The position numbers and the translations under genes are program-made. Shown piece after piece: positions 19,422 to 30,450 of a stretch of DNA of 52,669 nt (position 1 is its first letter; each line of letters starts with the position of its first letter). The stretch lies in NCBI GenBank assembly GCA_038247415.1, contig JBBRUX010000026.1, positions 1 to 52,669 on the forward strand, given 5' to 3'. Under the pieces are notes generated by a model. It did no database searches and had not been told where the DNA came from. It saw only the letters and a list, made by a program, of their open reading frames with translations. Source of the DNA: Chitinivibrionales bacterium. GTDB lineage: Bacteria; Fibrobacterota; Chitinivibrionia; Chitinivibrionales; WJKA01.

Positions 19422-21891
19422 CTTTTGCCCGATACGATAGGCACGGTCGGTGGCTTGATTTTCAACTGCCGGGTTCCACCAGCGGTCGAAATGGATCACA
19501 TGGTTCGCTTGTGTCAGGTTGAGTCCCACGCCTCCGGCCTTGAGGGATAGGATAAAGTAAGGCACATACCCTACGCCGTTCTGGAACTGCTCGACCGCCT
19601 CCTTGCGCGCTTTGATCGAGGTTGATCCACTCAGGTGCACACCAGAAGCGCCAAAGAGCGATTCAAGATACGTGTGCAACGGATCGATTATCTCGGCAAA
19701 TTGTGTGAACACAAGGACTTTTTCCCGTTTGTCTCGAATGGTTTCGCACAGCTCGGCCAACCGGTCGAACTTGCCGCTACGCTCCGGATCGTAACCACCA
19801 GAGCCTGCGTAGTGATCGGGGTGATTGCAGAGTTGTTTACATTTAGTGAGATACCCCAGCACGATTCCCTTGCGCTGGATGCCCTCAACCTGCCCGAGCT
19901 CCCTTTCGAGGGCGAAAACGACTTCCCGGTAAAGCGAAGCTTGCCACTTTGACAATGTGTAGTAGGTCTTCATTTCCACCTTGCCGGGCAGATCATTAAT
20001 AATTGACTTATCGTACTTGACGCGCCGAAGAATGTAAGGATGCACGACCTTGCGCAAACGACCGTATCCTTCTGGATGATCGTTGAGTGTCTTGGCAAAA
20101 CGCTTGAATTCGGTGAATGTTCCCAGTAGCCCAGGATTAATAAAATTGAAGAGAGACCAGAGATCGGTGATCCGATTTTCCACGGGCGTTCCGGTCATCA
20201 CAAGGCGATGCGCACTTTTAAGATCCTTGACGGCAAGAGTTTGTCGGGTAGAGGGATTCTTTATCGCCTGCGCCTCATCGCAAATAATATAATTCCAGGT
20301 CCGTTTCGAAATCCAGGCGCTACGACTCAGCATTGCATAGGTGGTTATAGCGATGTCGCACGAGTCAATTACACTTTCGCTCTCATCAAACAACCCAGCC
20401 TGAGGGTGAATGATGACAGCTTTGAGATCGGGGGTAAATTTTTGTACTTCGCAATGCCAATTGTAAATTAGTGATGCAGGCACCACGATGAGGCTACAAC
20501 CGCCCTTGATTTTTTGCAAGAGTGCAAGAACCTGCACCGTTTTCCCCAAACCCATATCATCTGCAAGGCAAATGCCAAAACCAAGCGTATGAAGAAAGAA
20601 AAGCCAGTTGAGTCCCTGCTGTTGATAGGGGCGTAAGTCTGCCATGAGCGCGCTGGAGGGTGCTATGGAGCGAACGAGCGTCGGGTTTGTCATCTTATCG
20701 AGTATCGATTGTAGCCATTCGCCGCACCCGATCTGGGCTCCGGGAACCAGTAGATCGCTTTCAGTTTCTGTGCCCATCAGCATTCGCATTGCATCAGCAA
20801 ACGTGAGACCTTGAGACCGGGAAAGCGCTTTCGCTTGCGCGAAGGCTTCAAGCGTTTTTTTGAGTGACGCAGGATCGAACGCCACCCACTTGCCCTTAAT
20901 AAGCGCGAGTCCGGCGGATTGTTCCAGAAGGCTCTGAACTTCCGCCTCCGTCAATTCTATATCATCGATCTGTATCACCGGGCAAAAGTCGAGTAGAACA
21001 TTAACGCCGATTTTTGTTGGCGTGCCATTGCCCAGCCGAAGTGTTACCCCAGACTTTCGCACCCCCCGCCACCATCGCGGGATGCGGCACAGGATGCCGG
21101 CTTCTTCATAGGAAGGCACACCGCGCAGAAATTCGAACGCCTCACCTTGTGTCAACTAAATTGGATTAAAGAGCTCACCTGATGCATCAAAGGTGGCAAT
21201 AAGAGTGTTGTTTTTTGCCACTTTCTTGACAGTAGCAAGTAGTTCGAGGAGCTTTACCTGATCTTCACCAAATTCCTGTAGTGCCGATTTGAGAGGTAGA
21301 TGACGCACGCGCCCGTTCGCATCGATACGTACAGTGTAGGTTGCCAGGAATGCAAAAGGGCGTGATTCGTTCTTGCGGTTTTCGACAAGATGAAAGTGGA
21401 TCCGGTCGATATGGCGCGGCTGCGGCGTAAGCGACTCGAACCAGGCTTCCACAGAGCCTGCGGATTTTTTTATGGCCACCTGAAAATATTCGTTCAACCG
21501 CATCCAGAGCGCATTCAGAAACTCTAGAGTGATATGTTCAATGCCGGTCATTGATGGCATTATGTCAATAGTCGACTGAATGTGGCTATGGTCGGGATCA
21601 ATTGAAAAGGACTCTCTTTTTGTTTCACTTTCGGGATTAGTTCGAATACAGCAAACCCCAGGCAGCGGCGAAAGTACGCCAAAAATCAAGCGAAGGCGAA
21701 AGGGCGGTTGCAGTGTCGCAAAGCCCCAGCACTATCAACCAGTGTGGGACAGAGCTGTGACCTCCCTTTTCTATATCAAGCAGCATCGATTCCAGTCGTC
21801 GACGATGAGGATTTTCGGTGAGGGTGCACTCTTCCCATTCAAGCGCGATATGGCCGTCAAAGAAGATCGAGGCGTTAAGAATATTAGACAT
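19415..21891 (-). pseudogene. SNF2-family DEAD/H ATPase/helicase, disrupted three ways
   Basis: LADDMGLGKT, DEAQ, TGTPVEN, QATDRAYRIGQ. Extra G in GGGG at 21656-21659, in-frame TAG at 21156-21158, and C-terminus lost after GQKRN. Confidence 0.88.
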
Positions 21892-22028
21892 TGCAATAAA
21901 ATACTATTTAGTCGGGTTTGAAGGATTTGCAGCAACATTTATTCTTCAGGTATAGTCGCCAATTTTTTGGCATTTTCACCGATACAAAACATATCGTTTT
22001 GCCCGCGCCTTGCCGACCATAAGGTAGA

Positions 22029-22053
22029 ATCGGATAATAGCAAATTATCCGAT
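22029..22053. repeat. Perfect 10-bp inverted repeat (operator or hairpin)
   Basis: ATCGGATAAT-AGCAA-ATTATCCGAT, ~140 nt upstream of the SNF2 start. Confidence 0.45.
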
Positions 22054-22396
22054 AGTTTTGTAATTTTAAAGTCGTCCCAGCATGAAAAATCTCTGTAAGC
22101 GCTGTGGGCTTCGCAAACACGTTTGTTTATGATGTTCTTCCTGAATATTTATTCTGCTGCATCGACTATGATGAAAGGTTTCGGGCTATTATATTAAGAC
22201 AGCGGTTTGAATTCTAGAATAAAATGTCCAATAATCAATGGGCAAACCCTTCTTGCATCATGAACACAGGGAGCAATTTTCAATGAATTACTATTGCGAA
22301 CACTCGAAATTGACATAGCCACTCAAGTTCGATATGACATGACAAAAGAAAACTACCCCCACATTTGAATCGATGCACGAGTATACAAGGAATCAC

Positions 22397-23896
22397 ATGA
22401 AAAACTTTCAAGGGAAACTGTTGATCGCCAATATAGCGTTTATTCTTATGGTCATACCCGTCTGGTCCGACCCGGCTGCGATCATGGGCTCTGGTAACAT
22501 TAACGAAAACGTCACTGCATCAGAAATTGCCACCAAGCTCGTTATCCTCAAAAGCAACGGAGTCAAGATGATCCGGCTTGCCAACTCCGGCTATTACGAT
22601 CAATACGGCACGGGCGGAACCTCGGAAAAACGGCTCGATTCAGCAATGATCTGGTGCTACAGAGCGGGAATTACCCCAACGTTTCTCTTTGAATATTATC
22701 CTGACTTCCCCTACCCTATCAACATAAAGTCTCAGTGGATCGAGATCGGCAAAAACTTCGCGACCCGATTTCACCCAAACAGCGCCTGGCTAGTCTCTCA
22801 GAACATTCTCAACTGGGGCGTAACCATCTATCAGGCAATCAATGAACCTGATATCAATCAAGGAATTGACAAAAAAAAGTATCATGATGCGCTTGAGGGG
22901 CTTGCCGACGGTGTACACTCAGTTGACACAGCGCTCAAGGTGCTACCCGGCGGCTATGCCACACCCAACGCATACAGCAATTACACCTGCCAAGGATATG
23001 CCCAGGCGATTACCGATCTGCTCAACAATGGAAAACTTGACGGAATAGATCTTCATACCTACGCCAGTATCTGGGCGCCCTTGGCATGGTACTCGCACTC
23101 ATCACAACACGACTTTGATGCGGTCAAGCAGGCGTGCAAAGTAACCCGCGACATCAACTTCTACTGCTCGGAATTCAATTACAATAGGACAGGGGCCGAA
23201 GGCGTTCCCACTATAGCCAGCAGGATATCCCAGGATAAAGCAGCCCAATATTTCCTGACACAAGTATGGGATAACCTCGGCGTGGCAGGGAACAATGGTA
23301 CCGTTGTATCGAAGATGGTTTTAGCCTGGACGCTTTTTTCCACAGTCGAGCAAGACTCGGGCTACGGCTTGTGTGCTTCGCTCAATCCGTACTCCCCCGT
23401 TAGGCGCGCCGAGACCTATGCATTGGTTGCCCGCCTGAGCAGCGGAATGGCGTTTACACGCGCAGACCCCAAATCAACAGGGGAATACGAGCTCGAAGGA
23501 AACGGAAAGAAGCTCTGGGTCTTTCAGAATTTGCCAAATTGGACGAATCACTACGGAACAAAATTTACAATAAACAAGATTCCTTCAGGTTCGACAAAGC
23601 TTGAAATGTACGGCTGGGATGGTTTGCGAAAAACAATACCGATTGCCGGAAAAACATCCATTACTGTTGATAGTTTACAAGCAGAAACATATATGTATCT
23701 TTTCTCAGGAGTTCAAACGAGCGTAACAAATTACTACACAAAAAGCACCTCAAAGGCAGGACCATTTCAAAAAGTAGTTTTATTTGACACATCAGATAAA
23801 ATTCCCCAGCAATCGTTTGATCTCAGGGGAAAAAGAATCACTTCACAATCAATTAAAAAGTACCACTGCGCCGTTCTTGTCAGTAAAAATCTTTAA
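22397..23896 (+). CDS. Secreted putative clan-A-like glycoside hydrolase with C-terminal tail
   Basis: Signal peptide, GVKMIRL, AINEPD, GIDLHTY, CSEFN; tail FDLRGK; AAGGA RBS before ATG 22397. Confidence 0.65.
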   Translation: MKNFQGKLLIANIAFILMVIPVWSDPAAIMGSGNINENVTASEIATKLVILKSNGVKMIRLANSGYYDQYGTGGTSEKRLDSAMIWCYRAGITPTFLFEYYPDFPYPINIKSQWIEIGKNFATRFHPNSAWLVSQNILNWGVTIYQAINEPDINQGIDKKKYHDALEGLADGVHSVDTALKVLPGGYATPNAYSNYTCQGYAQAITDLLNNGKLDGIDLHTYASIWAPLAWYSHSSQHDFDAVKQACKVTRDINFYCSEFNYNRTGAEGVPTIASRISQDKAAQYFLTQVWDNLGVAGNNGTVVSKMVLAWTLFSTVEQDSGYGLCASLNPYSPVRRAETYALVARLSSGMAFTRADPKSTGEYELEGNGKKLWVFQNLPNWTNHYGTKFTINKIPSGSTKLEMYGWDGLRKTIPIAGKTSITVDSLQAETYMYLFSGVQTSVTNYYTKSTSKAGPFQKVVLFDTSDKIPQQSFDLRGKRITSQSIKKYHCAVLVSKNL

Positions 23897-24078
23897 GGCG
23901 CAACAGAAAATGCCCACATCAGGTAGCAGAACTTGAATCTGACTATTCAAGCATTTTCTTAGGTATTCTAGTATATTTATTGAGTGTAGACATCACTGAG
24001 GCTTGGATACTTAGAGACACTGTATTTAAATATATCGTTCATCAAACATGACCTAACCTGCAATTCTGGAGGATTCCA

Positions 24079-25539
24079 ATGTATTCTCACAAATCAGCAC
24101 CTCTTTATTATGCAACAACCTTTGTTATTCTTAGTGTTTTTGTGTTTGCATTATCTGCCCAAACGCTCGTTCGCACGATAACACTGTTTGGAAAAGTTCG
24201 CGATCAAAAAGAATATATGAATGGGAACACTACAATTCCTGGGGGAAACCCCGATTTTGAACATTGGTCAAATACTTCTTGCCAAGGCGCAGTTGAAAAA
24301 CGAATCGATACCACCGAAATGAAATCAAAGTTTCCCTACGATAATCGCGGACCAAAACTTAAAGGTATGGGATGTGGTGGAGGTTTTGCAGGACCGGAAT
24401 TTTTTAGAGTCTGGTACAACGACACCATTGCCCACGACACCGTTTCTAATAGGCCCTTTTTAGTTCCCTTGAAATTTAATTTCTATAGCGATTGCAAAAT
24501 GGTTTTTAGTGACAGTGTCTTTTTTCCTCTCGACAACAACAAACAAAAGAATTCTTTAAGCGATCCACCACAAGAATCGTTTGGCTACCTGCAAACAAAT
24601 AATAATAATCATAATTATTCATTTACGCTCGAATTCCATAGTCCCTTTACGTATGTGCAAGGATCGGGTCAAACATTTTCATTTGTTGGCGACGATGATG
24701 TATGGGTATTTATCAATGACAGTCTCGTAATTGATCTTGGCGGTATTCATGGAGCATTGTCTGCCAGTGTAAACTTAGATAATTTACCAAAGGGATTTTT
24801 AAAAAATAATGGCTCCTATATGTTTGATTTTTTCTCCGCCGAACGTCATGTCACCGAATCTAATATTCGAATAACAACGAGCATTGTATTTGAAAATCAA
24901 GAAAGCAACGGCGATACTATCATCACTTGTTTTGGCCAACCAACAACCATTTCAGAAGGAGTATATCCCCCAAGTTGGTTTGCCGATTGGAAAACGCCCG
25001 AAGTATTTGGATCTGCAAAAGACGCGCTAGGCAACCCAATTGTTGGAGCCACTATCGTTTTTTCTAACAAAGGGGATAGCGCATTCACTGATATCAACGG
25101 GAATTATACCATCCGATTACCGCTACATTGGTCGGGTACTGCAACCATATCTTCCCCAGACTATAAATTCTCTCCAAAGCAAGTAACTCTTACAGATATT
25201 ACTGCTGCGCGCTATCTCACTTTTTCGGGAACCGATACTCTCAAGGCAGGAATTGAGCACGCCGTCAATGCAGACATACCGCGCACTTTTGGGGTGCACT
25301 TAGTAAGATCGACATCGCAAACGGCTTTTAACGTAGCCCTTGAAAAACCTTGTACTTTCTCAATTGAAATAGTTGTGGCAAGCGGGAAGCTACTGTGGAA
25401 ATCCCCACCGCACAATGCATCTGCAGGCATGCATCAAATTACTTGGAACATGCCCAACAACCTCATGAAAGGCATTTATTTCATGCGCGTAATTCGATCT
25501 GATTCGCATTCACGAACTACACCAATAGCCCTCTTTTAA
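24079..25539 (+). CDS. Fibro-slime (PA14-like) domain protein with Ig-like and C-terminal sorting domains
   Basis: NPDFE, HNYSFTLE, FSFVGDDDVWVFIN..LVIDLGGIH, FFSAERH; TDINGNYTI; GIYFMRV tail. Confidence 0.88.
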   Translation: MYSHKSAPLYYATTFVILSVFVFALSAQTLVRTITLFGKVRDQKEYMNGNTTIPGGNPDFEHWSNTSCQGAVEKRIDTTEMKSKFPYDNRGPKLKGMGCGGGFAGPEFFRVWYNDTIAHDTVSNRPFLVPLKFNFYSDCKMVFSDSVFFPLDNNKQKNSLSDPPQESFGYLQTNNNNHNYSFTLEFHSPFTYVQGSGQTFSFVGDDDVWVFINDSLVIDLGGIHGALSASVNLDNLPKGFLKNNGSYMFDFFSAERHVTESNIRITTSIVFENQESNGDTIITCFGQPTTISEGVYPPSWFADWKTPEVFGSAKDALGNPIVGATIVFSNKGDSAFTDINGNYTIRLPLHWSGTATISSPDYKFSPKQVTLTDITAARYLTFSGTDTLKAGIEHAVNADIPRTFGVHLVRSTSQTAFNVALEKPCTFSIEIVVASGKLLWKSPPHNASAGMHQITWNMPNNLMKGIYFMRVIRSDSHSRTTPIALF

Positions 25540-25793
25540 ATACTTTTAAGCGCATCAGTCAATGCAAACGAGATGCAGCACGGTGATACAGGTGATTTTT
25601 CTATTGAGTGCCTGTTCAAAACTGATTGACTTTTGATATAATCGTTCATTGAGGCTCTCGAAATGAGCCTCTGTATATCCTCTTTGCTTTGCAATAAAAG
25701 TATTGGTAGATCGTGCAATGAATCCGCTTCTGCTGTCACCTTGTCGGCTTTAAATCATACCATTTGTACCTGTGGATACCAGCATAAAGCTCC

Positions 25794-25840
25794 AAAAAAA
25801 AGAGACCGTCTCGATAACAAATCATGTTATCGAGACAGCC
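25794..25840 (-). terminator. Intrinsic terminator
   Basis: 12-bp stem GTCTCGATAACA/TGTTATCGAGAC followed by a T8 run on the minus strand, just after the 25856 stop. Confidence 0.85.
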
Positions 25841-25855
25841 GATACTATTTCGGTA

Positions 25856-27664
25856 TCACGGTGCAAGGTAGGAGGTACCAGCGCCATTATTGGAGAAGCT
25901 GCACGATCCGACGTCAATCCCAGCCTTGCCATTAGTTGTAGCATATATGCCATAGTATTTATTATGGGTGAATGTACAATTTGCAACGGTCACAGGCCCA
26001 TCACTACTGAGGCCTTTGGTTGCATCTTGTATATCGCAGTAGGTGACAGAACTTGCGATTGTGGCATTTGAGGTGAAATAGAGCCCATAATTTGCAGAGT
26101 AATTCCCAGTACCATAATCCCGCCCCCAATAAGTACCGTTTGTTAACCCCTCAAATTTGATATGGTTTAATGGAGTGCCATTTGCTTTTAATGTGCCATT
26201 GCCCATCTGGATATAGGACCCATAGGTACCTGCTGTAAACTTGAATTGCGCACCGGGAGCTACCGTAATTATCACACCATTAGGATTACTGATGTTTATA
26301 TATGAATTGTAGCGAACGACATACGGAACATTCAGGGCTTTCCAAGTTCCGCTGGCGGTCACTATTTCCGGAACAACCTCTACCGCATTGTTTGAGTTGG
26401 TATTAAATGAAATGGAATCGGATAATTGTGCAAGAAAATTGGCAGAAATTACCAACGGATAAAAATCTGCCGTGGCCCCGTTGCCGATAAGGTTGATATC
26501 GATAAACGTGGTTGAATCGCGCGGACCGCTGGCGTTGAAATAGATACCCGTATACTTATTAAAACGAGCTGTGATATTGGAGAGAAGTAGACTATCTTTA
26601 CCAATATTGATTGCGGTAGTGGCAGAATCAACAACACAATGCTGGATGGTAGAGTTGGCATTTGCGCCCGTGGCAATACTTATTCCAAAGGCAGCCCACG
26701 GCGAAGGGGTTGAATTGGGATCGGCACCCCAGAATTGCCCTGGAGTCAAGTTCTTGAAATACACTGGCAATGAATCGGAGCCACGGATATTGAGCTGGCC
26801 ATCATAGGTTTCGATGCAGCCATCTTTACCCATCAGGAATACTGAACCAGAGTCTATCGATAGATTCCCGTGTACATAGATCTTTCCTTTGTTGATCACC
26901 AGAACTCGTTTTGCAAAAGTAATCGAGGCACCGACAGTGATAGTAAGGCTGCTTGCGGGAAGAAGATAGACCTTAGTTGTATCTTTGTAAACAATTGATC
27001 CGCTTACCGGATCGGTAATCCGGATAGTATCTGAGGTAGCCATTGCACCCGCTTTGACAACCACGGTTCGAGCTGTAGTATCAACAAGGCCGCCCTGATC
27101 CATGACGATGTAATAAAGCTTATAAGTACCAATAACAGGGCTCGCATAATTAAAAGTTCCGTAAACAACATAAATAGAATCTGATAAGTTTCCATCCTCG
27201 ACATCTGTGGCTGTTGCGCCTGGATCTGTGTAGGCTATTGCTGGTGGTATGGTATCGACAAGGTCGCCCATTAAAGTAATCTGAGGGGCATGATTAGTTG
27301 AATTGGCAGCAATCACGACAATCGTTCTATGTGCCGAATCGATTAACCCTTTACTATCCCGAACATAATATCGAGCAGTATACGTCCCGACAGAAGGGAT
27401 AGTATCGTTAAATGACCCATAGGCTACATAAATATCATTAATAGAGATAGCTCCATCTTCTGCATCGGTCGCGACAGCACCTGCCTCAGCATAGGCGACA
27501 CCGGCAACGGTTGTATCTGGATTATGCCCCAACAATGTAAGTTGTGGTGGATGATTACTAGGATTTGTAGTCTCTACGGGAAGGCTGCACGATAGCCCAA
27601 TCAGAACAAATAAGCCAAGACTTAGGCCAAAAAGACCTGCTGAAACGGGGTTACTACGCATCAT
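25856..27664 (-). CDS. Surface lipoprotein with two DUF5011-like Ig repeats and a beta-helix region
   Basis: Lipobox GLSC; repeats NHPPQLTLLG..GAVATDAEDG and NHAPQITLMG..GATATDVEDG; Asn/Gly-rich PbH1-like C-terminus; AAGGAG RBS before ATG 27664. Confidence 0.8.
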   Translation of the reverse strand: MMRSNPVSAGLFGLSLGLFVLIGLSCSLPVETTNPSNHPPQLTLLGHNPDTTVAGVAYAEAGAVATDAEDGAISINDIYVAYGSFNDTIPSVGTYTARYYVRDSKGLIDSAHRTIVVIAANSTNHAPQITLMGDLVDTIPPAIAYTDPGATATDVEDGNLSDSIYVVYGTFNYASPVIGTYKLYYIVMDQGGLVDTTARTVVVKAGAMATSDTIRITDPVSGSIVYKDTTKVYLLPASSLTITVGASITFAKRVLVINKGKIYVHGNLSIDSGSVFLMGKDGCIETYDGQLNIRGSDSLPVYFKNLTPGQFWGADPNSTPSPWAAFGISIATGANANSTIQHCVVDSATTAINIGKDSLLLSNITARFNKYTGIYFNASGPRDSTTFIDINLIGNGATADFYPLVISANFLAQLSDSISFNTNSNNAVEVVPEIVTASGTWKALNVPYVVRYNSYINISNPNGVIITVAPGAQFKFTAGTYGSYIQMGNGTLKANGTPLNHIKFEGLTNGTYWGRDYGTGNYSANYGLYFTSNATIASSVTYCDIQDATKGLSSDGPVTVANCTFTHNKYYGIYATTNGKAGIDVGSCSFSNNGAGTSYLAP

Positions 27665-27874
27665 TGCGAGCTCCTTTGTGATAATGTTTACTAAATTTAT
27701 AAGACAAATTGAGTTTATGAGCAAAGCAAGCGTTACCGCTTATTTGATCAAGCCAGGGGACTTTAATGAATATTATTATCTACAAAAGACTTGGCACATG
27801 TTGACAAGTAAATATGGCAAGCTAGTCGCGATTAACCGGATTTAGAATCAACTTTAACACGCCAGTATTGTGGT

Positions 27875-28552
27875 TTATCGAGTGCGAATTGGGAGGATTT
27901 TTGCACCGCAGACATTCTTCATCCAAGGCTTTATTTTTCCGTTTGCGACAATTATTGCGTGCTTGCAATATGTAAGTAAAGGCAGGTCATGCTTAGAATC
28001 TGCTATAGCGATCACTTCGCTAGCGCGAAATCGATTAACAATATTTAATTTAAAATCATTTATTTCTGAAACCACGACCTTTGGCTGATTGTTTACATCC
28101 CGTATGGTTATGCAATGATAGGCAGCACCAAAAAATGCAGCATACTGGTCTACCAGCGGGGAGATCCCCATCGATATCAATACGATCTCTAAACCCCGCT
28201 CTTTGAGTTTCGCTATGAGTTCGATAGTCTCGGGGATAAACAGATTTACAACTTCTTTACAGAAGTACTCTTTGCATAACATTGATAATTCTGAGTATTT
28301 TAATGTTTCGAATTTTTGGTAGAACCGCTTTAAAAAAAGATCGCGTGAAAAAAAATCTATGCATGCATAAACGGGTACTTTTATCACGATCAATAAGCCA
28401 AGCCAGAGTAGAAACGTAACCCTACTTTTGGCAAGCTTCCTTTTTATAAAGCAATAGGTTTTGATGATATTGGTACGCGAGATTGTGCCGTCTATATCAA
28501 AGATCGCGTACTTAACACCGCCAAGAGCTGGTAATTCTAGCTGATTGCTCAT
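27875..28552 (-). CDS. HAD-superfamily hydrolase (IB-like), possibly a lipid phosphatase
   Basis: FDIDGT, LIS, ADSKHDLPLL; ATGA-coupled to the acyltransferase. Confidence 0.85.
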   Translation of the reverse strand: MSNQLELPALGGVKYAIFDIDGTISRTNIIKTYCFIKRKLAKSRVTFLLWLGLLIVIKVPVYACIDFFSRDLFLKRFYQKFETLKYSELSMLCKEYFCKEVVNLFIPETIELIAKLKERGLEIVLISMGISPLVDQYAAFFGAAYHCITIRDVNNQPKVVVSEINDFKLNIVNRFRASEVIAIADSKHDLPLLTYCKHAIIVANGKIKPWMKNVCGAKILPIRTR

Positions 28553-29235
28553 ACACTGTCGGAATGTGAGAAGGAATAGTCCTGGCTACTGAGATGCGCG
28601 ATCTTTTTCATAACGAGTTCGGTGCATTCGCCCGCTGAGTTTTTCACCGATTCTGCGGATAGATTTACAGGTTCTCCGATGATGATGACGCATTTATAGG
28701 GCTTGGGAATCTTTTTACCTTTGGGTAATACTCGGTTAAAACCGGAAAGTCCGATAGGTACTATCGGGACATTCAGCGCACTTGCGATCCTCACCATACC
28801 TTCTTTGCCTTTAAGCATTTCTCCATCTTGTGAGCGAGTACCCTCTGGAAAAATACCGATAATCTTATTGGCGCGAACGGCCCGTATCATCTCTCGCAGA
28901 ATTTGCGGAGAAACTTTTTCTCGGTCAAGAGAAATCGATTGAGCATAATCCATGAATGGCTTCCAGCCGGGAGATTGGAACAACTCCTTTTTTGCTAAAA
29001 ATGAAACCTCTCGATTGAGCACAAGGTTGAATAAAGGGTACAGCATAAACCAATCCAAATGGCTGGTATGGTTCAAAGCAATCATGAAAGGCTTGTCGGC
29101 GAGGTCTCGTAAGATTTGAATATTTCTCACTTCGCCCTTGCAGAAAAATTTAAAGAAGAACCAGGTGCCATGCTTTACAACAATATCCAACACGATCTGG
29201 TTTATGAACCAATGTACTATCTTTTTTAAGCGCAT
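28549..29235 (-). CDS. plsC: Lysophospholipid (1-acyl-sn-glycerol-3-phosphate) acyltransferase
   Basis: NHTSHLD, FLAKKELF, IFPEGTRS, VPIVP. Confidence 0.88.
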   Translation of the reverse strand: MRLKKIVHWFINQIVLDIVVKHGTWFFFKFFCKGEVRNIQILRDLADKPFMIALNHTSHLDWFMLYPLFNLVLNREVSFLAKKELFQSPGWKPFMDYAQSISLDREKVSPQILREMIRAVRANKIIGIFPEGTRSQDGEMLKGKEGMVRIASALNVPIVPIGLSGFNRVLPKGKKIPKPYKCVIIIGEPVNLSAESVKNSAGECTELVMKKIAHLSSQDYSFSHSDSV

Positions 29236-29400
29236 TAAATTTGCTTTTTAGTTATGAGCTTTAACGGAACCAGACGTGTCTTGAGCAGGAAGACTTCTTT
29301 TCCATCTCGTATAAATTTATTTACAGCTCACATAGTTACCTGCCATACCAGCAGCTATTATGAGCGATTTTTTATATTTGACAACTAATAAGCAGTAGCT
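29235..29400 (-). pseudogene. Possible collapsed remnant of upstream operon gene(s)
   Basis: KKSLIIAAGM resembles a nucleotidyltransferase N-terminus. A different frame ends in TAA overlapping the plsC ATG (TAATG). Confidence 0.3.
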
Positions 29401-29940
29401 ATTTGGGGGCTGGGCGCGCAGATGCTCCTTAAATAGTTTAATTTAAAACTTATGTAAGGAGTTTAAACGTATTTAATAATTTGACTCAAGGACTAATATA
29501 CTTATAGGAACTGCAAAAAACAAGAGGGAGAGCGTGACTTTCGAGAAACCGGGGTGGCCTAACCCGATGACTGGTGCGATTATACTCTGAGGAGGTAGTC
29601 GAAGGGTGACTGAGAAGAGTTTTGCAATAACCTCTTATAAATTAGGATTGCTGCAGTCGAAAATAACAAGTACAGTACTGAATCTTTATCATAATGCATG
29701 AAATATGCAAAATTTCGACATAACGTGCGTTTTGTAAGAAAGCAATTCACGGGTTCTCTGCTGATTTTAGCCTAGCGGCGAACAATGCGCTTATTCCCTG
29801 TACACCAAGTCCCGGCACTTCACCGAAATATTGTACACGCCGGCACCAGCATTGAACAGTGCGCTCTCACCCTCTGGGCTTGCGTTAGCCCAAACTACCG
29901 CGCCATTCACCCGCATGGCGTTTTCAGCTTCCTAGAACCA

Positions 29941-30033
29941 CAATGTGGTGGTCAGCCCCATCCTAACATGCCCCCTTACAATTGCGTGACCTTTATTATT
30001 GCATTACAGGGAATTTTTCCAGCCCGAAATTGA
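29941..30033 (+). pseudogene. C-terminal remnant of a tail-collar (MdpB-like) protein
   Basis: GGQPHPNMPPYNCVTFIIALQGIFPARN matches the family C-terminal signature GGxQPHxNxxPY...FIIALQGIFPxR. Confidence 0.7.
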
Positions 30034-30045
30034 CTTGGAGTAATT

Positions 30046-30366
30046 ATGTATAAATTTCTCGTAACGGTTGCCGCCTTGCTTGGGCTATCGATGAGCAGCA
30101 CTGCTTCGACGATCGCATGGATTGAATCGGATTTTTCTGTTCCCCTACTGATTACCGCCAACGATTCAGGTGCGATAGCAAGACAGCTCAATCTTGCCCC
30201 GAGTTCTCAGCCGCAAGGATTAGCCTACGATTCTGCGTTCAACAAATTGTATTGGACGGAACTCATATTTGCAAATGCACGAATATTGTCTGCGCCAGGG
30301 ACATACATTTGTCGGATGCAATCTGAGGAATTTGTAAAATCTGTGCGATACTCAGTTGTTCGTTGA
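30046..30366 (+). pseudogene. Secreted beta-propeller-like protein collapsed by internal deletion
   Basis: Signal peptide and one YWTD-like blade (PQGLAYD..NKLYWTE) joined directly to the last strands of a sorting tail (PGTYICRMQS). Confidence 0.65.
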
Positions 30367-30450
30367 ACAGGCTGAACATGGTTTTTCAGAGTTATTCGGC
30401 ACCCTTCGACGTCAATCAAGGCAGGTTTACGCTTGTATGCCCTGTCCGGC

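Noticed and set aside
25536..25790. Possible response-regulator receiver remnant (DLPILLL...NDYIK)
   Set aside because: Too degenerate to support without a search.
27814..27828. Sigma54-like TGGCAAGCTAGTCGC
   Set aside because: Poor -12 match, and it points into the 3' end of an opposite-strand gene.
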